Positions 56,499 through 64,000 of a stretch of 64,000 nucleotides of DNA are shown here, one piece after another (the stretch's first letter is position 1; each line of letters starts with the position of its first letter). This DNA comes from an uncultured Acidobacteriota bacterium (lineage in GTDB: Bacteria; Acidobacteriota; Vicinamibacteria; Fen-336). The stretch is taken from the NCBI GenBank assembly GCA_963720545.1, contig OY970399.1:576001-640000 (forward strand), written 5' to 3'. The notes under the pieces are model-generated. The model worked only from the letters and a program-made list of their open reading frames with translations. It was not told the DNA's origin and made no database searches. A program made the position numbers and the translations under genes.

Positions 56499-57914
56499 TC
56501 AGGCGACGATCCTGGCCACCAGATCGTAGGGGTGCGCCTCGGTAATTTCGCAGGTCACGAAGGTGCCGGGCGGGGCCTCGCCGTCGTTGATGATCACCCC
56601 GCCGTCGATGTCGGGCGCCTGGGTCGCGAGCCGGCCGCGCAGCAATAGTTCCGTGTCCTCGTGGAGACCCTCGACGAGGACCTCGACCCGCTCCCCCACC
56701 CGGGCACGGTTGCGCCGCGGCGAGATCTTCTTCTGTGCCGCCATCACCTGCCGCCGGCGCCGCTCTTTCACCGCAGGCGCGACCCGTCCCGCCAGGTCGA
56801 ACGCGGTGGTGCCCTCTTCGTCGGAGATAGGTGAAGACCCCGACGTTGTCGAAGCGGGCGGCGCGCGACGAAGTCGAGGAGCTCGGCGAACTCGGCGTCC
56901 GTCTCGCCGGGGTAGCCGACGATGAAGGTGGTGCGGAACGCGACACCCGGGACCCGCGCGCGGACGCGCTCGACCATGCCGAGCAGGTTGCCGCGGCCGG
57001 TGGGCCGCTTCATCCGCCGCAGCACCGCGTCGGACGCGTGCTGCAGCGGCATGTCCACGTACTTCACCACCTTGTCCACCTCGGCGATCGCGTCGAGGAT
57101 GGGGTCGGTGACCGTGGCGGGATACGCGTACATCACGCGGATCCACCGCAAGCCGTCGATGCGCCCGAGCGCGCGCAGCAGCACGGCGAGGCCGTCGCGA
57201 CTGCCGCGATCGAGGCCGAAACGCGTCGAGTCCTGCGCCACCAGGATGATCTCGCGCGTGCCACGATCGGCGAGCGAACGCGCTTCGGCGACGATGTCGT
57301 CGACGCTGCGGCTGCGGTGCCTGCCGCGCAGCGTGGGGATGATGCAGAAGGCGCACGTGTAGTCGCAGCCTTCGCTGATCTTGATGTACGCGGTGTGCGC
57401 CGCGGTGGACACCACCCGCGGTGCCGTGTGGTCGTAAACCCACTCCGGGCGACGCAGCGCCGCATCGGTGATCGTCGCCTGGCCCGAAACCGCAGCCACG
57501 ATGTCGGCCACCTGGCCGGTGCCGAGCGTCGCGTCGATCTCGGGAATCTCGCTTGCGGATTTCCTCGTCGTAGCGCTGCGCAAGGCACCCGGTGACCACC
57601 AGCCGCCGCGCGCGCCCGGTTTCCTTGTGGCGCGCCATCTCGAGAATCGTGTCGATCGACTCCTGCTTGGCGCGGTCGATGAAGGCGCAGGTGTTCACCA
57701 CCAGCACCTCGGCCTGCGACGCGTCGGCGGTGACCTCGTAGCCCTCGCGGCGCAAGAGCCCCAGCATCACCTCGCCGTCCACCAGGTTCTTCGGGCAGCC
57801 GAGGTTCACGAGGCCGACCGTGGCGCCGCCGGCTCTCGGCTCGGCGCCGGACGGCGGCCGCTTCACGTCGAAACGGACCGGGGCCCAGGCAGAACCGTGT
57901 TCCTCGATCGTCAT
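56499..57914 (-). CDS. rimO: Ribosomal protein S12 methylthiotransferase RimO, with apparent indels near 57555 and 56830-56870
   Basis: [60 protein letters not shown] and TRAM QAPDIDG. Confidence 0.93.
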   Translation of the reverse strand: MTIEEHGSAWAPVRFDVKRPPSGAEPRAGGATVGLVNLGCPKNLVDGEVMLGLLRREGYEVTADASQAEVLVVNTCAFIDRAKQESIDTILEMARHKETGRARRLVVTGCLAQRYDEEIRKRDSRDRRDARHRPGGRHRGCGFGPGDDHRCGAASPGVGLRPHGTAGGVHRGAHRVHQDQRRLRLHVRLLHHPHAARQAPQPQRRRHRRRSAFARRSWHARDHPGGAGLDAFRPRSRQSRRPRRAAARARAHRRLAVDPRDVRVSRHGHRPHPRRDRRGGQGGEVRGHAAAARVRRGAAADEAAHRPRQPARHGRARPRAGPGCRVPHHLHRRLPRRDGRRVRRAPRLRRAPPASTTSGSSPISDEEGTTAFDLAGRVAPAVKERRRRQVMAAQKKISPRRNRARVGERVEVLVEGLHEDTELLLRGRLATQAPDIDGGVIINDGEAPPGTFVTCEITEAHPYDLVARIVA

Positions 57915-57921
57915 GGACGGC

Positions 57922-58191
57922 TCAGTGAGCCTTGTCCGGCGTGTCGATCTCGTTGCCCCAGTCGCGCAGCTTGTCGCGGTCGCTGGCGGCGTAGAGCTCA
58001 TCGGCCACGTCGGCCGCCTGGTCGCTCACCCCGCCGACGACCTCCAGTTCCTCGCCCTGCTGCGAGATGAGGTGCAGGTGATGGGCGATGGCGTCGATCT
58101 GCGGTACCGCGCGGTCCATGGCCGCGAGCAGGGCTTCGCAGAGTTCGACGAGAGCCGTGCGACTGAGCCCGTCGTGCCAGGTCGGTTCCAT
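57922..58191 (-). CDS. Small acidic helical hypothetical protein
   Basis: 89-aa ORF ending 7 nt before the rimO start, with host-like codon usage. Confidence 0.55.
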   Translation of the reverse strand: MEPTWHDGLSRTALVELCEALLAAMDRAVPQIDAIAHHLHLISQQGEELEVVGGVSDQAADVADELYAASDRDKLRDWGNEIDTPDKAH

Positions 58192-58264
58192 GCGCTCATT
58201 CTACCGTGTTGCCGCGGGCGCCGGAATTAGATACCTTGCCCTCGCCCATGGAGCCCCAGGCGTA

Positions 58265-59731
58265 GTGACTTCGGCCGTCGCCCTGCGCGTGCGCCTGTTC
58301 TACGAAGAGCAGTTCGACTCGATCGAGGCCTCGCGGCGGCGCCATCGCTACTATTACGACTCGCTGGCGCGCCTCATCGCGCGGCGCGTGCCGCCGGGCC
58401 AGAAAGTGCTCGATATCGGCTGCGGCACCGGCGACCTGCTCGCCTCCCTGCAGCCTCAGGATGGTGCCGGCGTCGGCATCGACCTCTCGGCGCGCGCCAT
58501 CGCCGCCGCACAAAGCCGTCACGGCGGCAAGGGGCTGCGCTTTTTCGAGGGCGACGCCGCCGACCCAGCGACGCTGCGCGCTGTCGGCGGTCCGTTCGAC
58601 GTGATCACGATCGTCAACGTGGTCACGCTGCTCGAGGACGTGGACGCGTTGCTGCGCGCGCTGCGGCCGCTGTGCCATGCGCGCACCCGCATCCTCATCT
58701 ACAGCTACAGCCGGCTGTGGCAGCCGTTCCTGCGGCTCGGCGAGGCGATCGGCCTGAAGACGCGGCAGCCTCCCGAAGGCTGGCTGCCGCCCGAGGAGAT
58801 CGCGAGCATGCTGTCGCTCGCCGACTTCGAGGTGGTGCGCAGCGACGCGCATGTCGTCTTTCCGCTCGGCATCCCGCTGCTGGCGCCGCTCCTCAACCGC
58901 TACCTCGGTCACCTGCCGCTCATCGAGCACCTCTCGCTCGTGTTCGGGCTCGTGGCCCGGCCCGAACCGGGGTGGGCGGCGGCGATGCAGGCGCAGGCGG
59001 CCGGAGGCAAGGCGCCGAGCGTCAGCGTCATCATTCCCTGCCGCAACGAGGCCGGGCACATCGCACCGCTGGTGGCGCGCCTGCCGCAGCTCGAGGCGGG
59101 CAGCGAGTTCATCTTCGTCGAGGGCAACTCCAGCGACGACACCGCCGCGGTGATCCAGGCGGCGGTTGTCGCCAACCCCGACAAGCCGTTTCGCTTCCTG
59201 CAACAGCAGGGGCGCGGCAAGGGCGACGCGGTGCGCCTCGGCTTCGAGGCGGCGCGCGGCGACGTGGTGCTGATCCTCGACTCCGACATGGGTGTGGCAC
59301 CCGAGGACATCCCGCGTTTCGTCGCAGCGCTGCAAACCGGCAAGGCCGAGTTCGTGAACGGCTCGCGGCTCGTCTATCCGATGGAGGACCGCGCCATGCG
59401 GTTCTTCAACCTGCTGGCGAACAAGGGATTCGCGCGGCTCTTCTCGTGGCTCCTCGGCCAGCAGGTGCGCGACACGCTGTGCGGCACCAAGGTGCTCTAC
59501 CGTGCCGACTACGAGCGCATCGCCGCGAACCGCGGCTACTTCGGCGAGTTCGATCCCTACGGCGACTTCGACCTCCTGTTCGGCGCCGCGCGCCTCAACC
59601 TGCGCATCCGCGACGTGCCCATCCGCTACCACGAGCGTTCCTACGGCGACACCAACATCTCGCGCTGGAGCGGCGGCTGGCTGCTGCTGCGCATGAGCGC
59701 GTTCGCCGCCCGCAAGTTGAAGTTCATCTGA
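58265..59731 (+). CDS. Fused class I SAM methyltransferase + GT2 glycosyltransferase (start approximate)
   Basis: VLDIGCGTG, GIDLS; then SVIIPCRNEAGHI, GKGDAV, LILDSD and DTLCGTK. Confidence 0.9.
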   Translation: MTSAVALRVRLFYEEQFDSIEASRRRHRYYYDSLARLIARRVPPGQKVLDIGCGTGDLLASLQPQDGAGVGIDLSARAIAAAQSRHGGKGLRFFEGDAADPATLRAVGGPFDVITIVNVVTLLEDVDALLRALRPLCHARTRILIYSYSRLWQPFLRLGEAIGLKTRQPPEGWLPPEEIASMLSLADFEVVRSDAHVVFPLGIPLLAPLLNRYLGHLPLIEHLSLVFGLVARPEPGWAAAMQAQAAGGKAPSVSVIIPCRNEAGHIAPLVARLPQLEAGSEFIFVEGNSSDDTAAVIQAAVVANPDKPFRFLQQQGRGKGDAVRLGFEAARGDVVLILDSDMGVAPEDIPRFVAALQTGKAEFVNGSRLVYPMEDRAMRFFNLLANKGFARLFSWLLGQQVRDTLCGTKVLYRADYERIAANRGYFGEFDPYGDFDLLFGAARLNLRIRDVPIRYHERSYGDTNISRWSGGWLLLRMSAFAARKLKFI

Positions 59732-59748
59732 GCGCCGGACCACAGCGC

Positions 59749-60528
59749 ATGGAGACGGGGCTCGAAAAGCTCGCGGAGCATCGCCGCATCTGGGCCGGCA
59801 AGCCGGCGCTGCGACGCATCTACGCGGTCTGGTTCGAGGCGTTGCTGGGCGCAATGCGCCGCGAGTCGTCGGTGTTCGAGATCGGCGCGGGTCCAGGCTT
59901 CCTGCGCGAGTACGCCGCGGGACACCGGCCGGACCTTCGCTGGACGTCGACCGACCTGCTGGCCGCGCCGTGGAACACGCTCGCCGCCGACGCGGCGCGG
60001 CTGCCGCTGAAAGACGCGACCCAGGATGCCGTTTGCGGCATCGACACCCTGCATCACCTGCCCGATCCCGGCGGGTTCCTCAAGGAGGCGGCTCGCGTCC
60101 TCAAGCCGGGCGGCTCGCTGCTGCTGGTCGAGCCCTGGGTGACGCCCTTGTCCTTCCCCATCTACCGCTGGCTGCACCCGGAGGGCTGCACCAGCGCCAT
60201 CGACGAATGGCATCCGTTCGTCGCCATGCCGGGACAAAAGCGCGCCTTCGACGGCAACGCCGCGGTGCCGCGCTGCCTGGTGCGGCGCACCGGCGACGAG
60301 CGCTGGCGCGGCCTTGGCTTCGCCCCGCCGCGCCTCGTCCGCCTCAACGCGTTCCCGTACCTCCTGTCGCTGGGCTTCCGCCGCGGTTCGCTGCTGCCGG
60401 GGCCGCTGCTCGCGCCGCTGCTCCGCGCCGATCGGCTGCTGGCGCCATTGGCGCCGGTTACGGCGCTGCGCGCGCTGCTCCGCTGGGATAGGCTCGCGTC
60501 TAGCCCTGACAAAGGAGCGGCGCAGTGA
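59749..60528 (+). CDS. Class I SAM-dependent methyltransferase
   Basis: FEIGAGPG, ADAARLPL, LHHL and RVLKPGG..VEP. Confidence 0.88.
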   Translation: METGLEKLAEHRRIWAGKPALRRIYAVWFEALLGAMRRESSVFEIGAGPGFLREYAAGHRPDLRWTSTDLLAAPWNTLAADAARLPLKDATQDAVCGIDTLHHLPDPGGFLKEAARVLKPGGSLLLVEPWVTPLSFPIYRWLHPEGCTSAIDEWHPFVAMPGQKRAFDGNAAVPRCLVRRTGDERWRGLGFAPPRLVRLNAFPYLLSLGFRRGSLLPGPLLAPLLRADRLLAPLAPVTALRALLRWDRLASSPDKGAAQ

Positions 60529-61280
60529 GCAAGGCAGGCAAAATCGCGATCGGTTGCGGCATGGTCGTCATGCTGGCTGTTGTCGGCATTTGCGTGGCGA
60601 TCTTCTTCGGCGCGCGCTGGGCGAAGCACAAGATCGACGACACCGTGAAAACGGTGGCCGGCGACAGCAGCCAGATCGAGGACTACACGCGTCGCGCCAA
60701 CGAAACGCCGTTCACGCAGCCCGCGGACGGTGTCGTCGGCGAGGACCAGTTGAAGCGCTACCTCGAAGTGCGCAAGGAGATCTACTCCGTCTACCTCAAG
60801 TACCGGGACCAGCTCGAGAAAAAGCGCGCCGAGGACGTCAGCGCGTCCGACTTCACGCGCGCGCTCGGCGCCATCAACGAGCTCCGCCTCGCGCAGGCAA
60901 AGGGGCTTGCGTCCGCCAGGATGAACGAGGCCGAGTACCGTTTCGTCAAGACGGCTATCTACCAGGCGTTCCTCGCGACGGCCACGCAGGGAGCAACGGG
61001 CAAGCAGATGTCCGAAGTGCTGCGCGACTCGGCGAAGCAGATGGACGAGAACACGCGTCGCGCGCTCGAACAGGCCGGCAAGGTGAAGGTGGACGGCGTT
61101 GGCCAGGCGTCACCCGAGCAGATCCGCGCGGCACAGGAAAAGATGCGCGAGATGATGGCGAAGGCCGCCGACAACGCCGAGCAGCTGCGCGTGCCCGAGC
61201 AGAACCTCGTGCTCTTCCGCCGCTACAAGCCCGAGATCGACAAGTACGCGATGAACGGACTCGACCTCATCGGGCTGTAG
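60525..61280 (+). CDS. Membrane-anchored helical hypothetical protein
   Basis: N-terminal IGCG + TM segment, then alpha-helical soluble domain; GTGA overlap. Confidence 0.75.
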   Translation: MSKAGKIAIGCGMVVMLAVVGICVAIFFGARWAKHKIDDTVKTVAGDSSQIEDYTRRANETPFTQPADGVVGEDQLKRYLEVRKEIYSVYLKYRDQLEKKRAEDVSASDFTRALGAINELRLAQAKGLASARMNEAEYRFVKTAIYQAFLATATQGATGKQMSEVLRDSAKQMDENTRRALEQAGKVKVDGVGQASPEQIRAAQEKMREMMAKAADNAEQLRVPEQNLVLFRRYKPEIDKYAMNGLDLIGL

Positions 61281-62154
61281 GCTGCGGCAGGTCGCAGTAC
61301 GCCATGCAGAACCAGCCGCCGCCGCAGTCGATGGGGTTGAATACCCCGTCGAAATAGACCTTCCCGCCGACCTTGCGGCAACACGCCTCGCCGACGCGGT
61401 CGAGGCTCGCGAACGCGCTGCCGGGATCGTTGCCGAGGCTGCGGCAGTATCCGTGGATCCACGGGTCTATGCCGTCGTCGTCGAACGGGTTGCAGCCTGG
61501 CCTGCCCCCGCGGCACGTGTAGTGAGTCAGCCACCACACAGGATCGACCTCGACCGTGCTCCTCGTCGCATCGGTCCTGGCAACGAACATGGAACCAAAG
61601 CCGCCGGCGCAGGTCCGGGCCCGCGCGACCGCGCAGGCGCCGCGGCCGCCGCACTGTGGAGCGGCAACCTCGTAGATGTGGTTCTCCTTGCCCGGCCAGC
61701 CGCGAGCCAGGAAGCGGTCGATGCTTTCCGGTGTCGGCGCATCGATGACGCTGCGCAGCGTCCATGCGGGACAGGAGTTGCGCAGCCGCCGCGGAAACGA
61801 CCGGGTGAACGCATCCCAGGTGGCGACATAGTGCTCGCTCAACTGATCCCTGCGCCCCTGGTCGGAGAACGGCACCGTCAGCAGCGCGTCGATCCGTTCG
61901 AGCGCGTCCGGGTCGCCACCCGTGCAGGCATCGAAGGTCCGCGCCAGCACTCCCGAGGCAGTGCTGTACTGCGCGGGGCCGACGGTGCCGAGACAGCGCA
62001 GCGTCTCGCTGCCGAGGGCGGCGAGCAGGATGTCACGCGTATCCGTTTCGCGAACCTGTGCGCGCACCGTTTGCGTTGAGAGACCGAAGACCAACGCCGC
62101 TGTTGCAAGCGACCTCCGCAATGACACGATCAATCGACGACTGAGAACGTGCAT
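61267..62154 (-). CDS. Exported cysteine-rich hypothetical protein
   Basis: Signal-peptide-like N-terminus ending TVRA|Q; 14 Cys; RBS AAGGA. Confidence 0.65.
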   Translation of the reverse strand: MHVLSRRLIVSLRRSLATAALVFGLSTQTVRAQVRETDTRDILLAALGSETLRCLGTVGPAQYSTASGVLARTFDACTGGDPDALERIDALLTVPFSDQGRRDQLSEHYVATWDAFTRSFPRRLRNSCPAWTLRSVIDAPTPESIDRFLARGWPGKENHIYEVAAPQCGGRGACAVARARTCAGGFGSMFVARTDATRSTVEVDPVWWLTHYTCRGGRPGCNPFDDDGIDPWIHGYCRSLGNDPGSAFASLDRVGEACCRKVGGKVYFDGVFNPIDCGGGWFCMAYCDLPQPTAR

Positions 62155-62169
62155 GTTGTTTCCTTGACG

Positions 62170-64000
62170 TCAGGGATTGCAAGCGGAGCCGAATGCGCCG
62201 TCCCACTCGAATGGAACCGGCGGTTGTACCTGGCCGACGATCAAGACGAAATAGCCGGGCACGGCTTCATAGGCCAGCTTGAGCGTAGGGAGGGGATGGA
62301 ACGGCGGGTCGGGCGGCACGACGTGAAATGCCTGGCCCAGGCTCAACGTCTGCAGCGTGGTGCAGCCGCTGGCGAGCCGGGGAATCCACGCGTCGCGGTA
62401 GTACACCGCAACCTGCTTCTCCGGACACGGAAACGGTGAATAGGTGAACCCGGGAAAAGTGGGCGTTGCGGTGCGGCAGACGGCGGTTTGCGGCGCGAAG
62501 AAGTTCGGCCCGCACGTGAGGGGTCCACCGGAGACCGAGGTGCAAAGCGGCGCCGGGATGCCCGCGAGATTCGGCTGCATCACCAGGGGAATGCGCAGGC
62601 GGTCAGCATTTCCAGGAAACGTGGAAGGCAGGCGCGTCACGTCACCGACGAACGGCAGCGTGGCCTTGCGGGTGAGGTAGATCTGCGTGGGCGGCGGCGC
62701 TAGATCGTTCTTCTTCACCTCGAGGATCAGGGTCGCGGGCGTGACGCCGTAGTACGGCACCAGCCAGTTGTAACCCGGCTGCGGCAGGATGCCGCGATTC
62801 GCGGTCATTTCTTCCAGCGTTTCCTGCGCGACTTCCAGCGCCTTGTCGACAACTTCCTGCGGCACCCCTGTTTGCGAGGCGATTTCCGCGGCGAGATAGT
62901 CGACCCCTTGCTGCTTCAGCTCGTCCCAGTTCGGCAGCGACGGCGGCATGCCTATCGCCGCGAGTCCGGCGTTGATGCCGGCCTCGATCGCCGCCTCGCA
63001 TTGCGAGGGATGCGCGTTGCACAAGTCGCCCAGACCCGGCACCACCTGGATCACGGTCTTCACGACTTTGGCTGCGGCTGCCTTCACGTCCTCATAGATC
63101 TGCGACAGGAAGTCCACCGCAAGTCCCGCGCCGCTGATGGCGCCGGTGACGATCGCCGGCAGGGCGCTCGTAAACACGTCCCAGAAGCCTCCCCCGCCGC
63201 CGCTCGTCGTCTGTGAATAGCTGACACGCCAGCCGGGCTGCAGCACGAGCCCGGCCGGAACGCCACCGGCGCGCAAGGTGCAGCCATAGGCGTCGAGCGC
63301 GTAGAACGCCTGGCAGAACGCAAGCGACGGAACCGCATGCGGGCGGATGACCAGGAACGTCTGGTCGACGTAGTTGGGATGAATCGCCCCGTCGTTTTCG
63401 AAATTGAGGAACGCCGGCTTGAAAGCATGATTGTCGCCGGCCTCGAGCACCGGCGGGTCGGGCGGCGGCTCGAAGGCTTGAAGCGGGCCCTCCGGCAGTT
63501 GCGCCAGGACCACCGAGCTGCTGACCCCGTGTTGTTTCGTGTCGCACACGCGCCCGCGGCCGGCGCGTGCCGCGACGCGCACGTAGAGCGGCGCGCCCCG
63601 GACCAGCCGCTCGACGCCGGCTGCGGTGAGGGCTCGGGTTCGCGAGCCCGGGTTGGCGGCAAACCGGCCGCGCGCCGGCAGCAGCAGCTCGTTGAAATCG
63701 ACCTTCGGTATCCGCGCCCAGCGACCGGACGAACGGCCCAGCGGCCGGCGCAGGATCAGTCCCTCGGCAGGTTCCGCGCATGCATCGGCGTCGACCGGAA
63801 ACGGTGCGGTTGCGACCTGCAGCTCACCATCGATCTCCGCGGAGCCGGCGGAACGCCAGCGAAAGGCCCGAGTCCCGGTCGCGGGGTCGGCGAAGCCAAC
63901 ATGATCGCGCCCGACCCAGCTGCGGCCGCGTGGATCGAACACTTCCAGTTCCGTCGTCGCCGTGAAGCCCTCGATCAGGAGGCGGGATTGTCCGGCCGCC
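62170..64000 (-). CDS. Large hypothetical protein, 5' end beyond the window
   Basis: Frame is open to the window edge; contains a Gly linker, amphipathic helices, GMPPSLPNWDEL and paired Cys. Confidence 0.7.
   Translation of the reverse strand, partial: AAGQSRLLIEGFTATTELEVFDPRGRSWVGRDHVGFADPATGTRAFRWRSAGSAEIDGELQVATAPFPVDADACAEPAEGLILRRPLGRSSGRWARIPKVDFNELLLPARGRFAANPGSRTRALTAAGVERLVRGAPLYVRVAARAGRGRVCDTKQHGVSSSVVLAQLPEGPLQAFEPPPDPPVLEAGDNHAFKPAFLNFENDGAIHPNYVDQTFLVIRPHAVPSLAFCQAFYALDAYGCTLRAGGVPAGLVLQPGWRVSYSQTTSGGGGGFWDVFTSALPAIVTGAISGAGLAVDFLSQIYEDVKAAAAKVVKTVIQVVPGLGDLCNAHPSQCEAAIEAGINAGLAAIGMPPSLPNWDELKQQGVDYLAAEIASQTGVPQEVVDKALEVAQETLEEMTANRGILPQPGYNWLVPYYGVTPATLILEVKKNDLAPPPTQIYLTRKATLPFVGDVTRLPSTFPGNADRLRIPLVMQPNLAGIPAPLCTSVSGGPLTCGPNFFAPQTAVCRTATPTFPGFTYSPFPCPEKQVAVYYRDAWIPRLASGCTTLQTLSLGQAFHVVPPDPPFHPLPTLKLAYEAVPGYFVLIVGQVQPPVPFEWDGAFGSACNP

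Overview
This 64 kb window is high-GC (about 70% by eye) chromosomal DNA from a diderm bacterium. The gene repertoire and order suggest Acidobacteriota (Vicinamibacteria-like), which is an inference. It is mostly core genome. From left to right: a Ca2+/H+ antiporter; an ArsR-SRPBCC pair; an 11 kb type IV filament/T2SS-like operon (PilC, PilB, PilM/N/O, three pilin-like genes, a lipidated TPR-secretin with a cohesin-like tail, an Ig-like lipoprotein and a lytic transglycosylase) preceded by a two-component system; smpB; pdxA-holB-tmk; a cNMP-FHA protein; a TonB-dependent receptor; a peptidoglycan-recycling run (OPT transporter, P-loop kinase, yqeY, nagZ, ldcA, mpl); dnaK-hsp20-degP-dksA-like-lon; an FHA-GAF histidine kinase; the rimP-nusA-infB-DUF503-rbfA-truB-rpsO-pnp region, interrupted by two opposite-strand genes; rimO; glycosyl/methyltransferases; and two Cys-rich hypothetical proteins. 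The most unusual item is a 407-bp non-coding element (18010-18416) that fills the smpB/pdxA gap. It has 49-bp terminal inverted repeats that are themselves hairpins, nested stems whose substitutions are mostly G-U compatible, and a central perfect 22-bp palindrome. The second is a possible AmpG-independent muropeptide uptake system (OPT plus TonB receptor linked to nagZ-ldcA-mpl). Clustered indels in pilB and in nusA/rimP/rimO are most likely sequencing errors. I saw no tRNA, rRNA, tmRNA, CRISPR array or transposase. Many start codons were re-chosen by eye from overlaps and ribosome-binding sites and are approximate.
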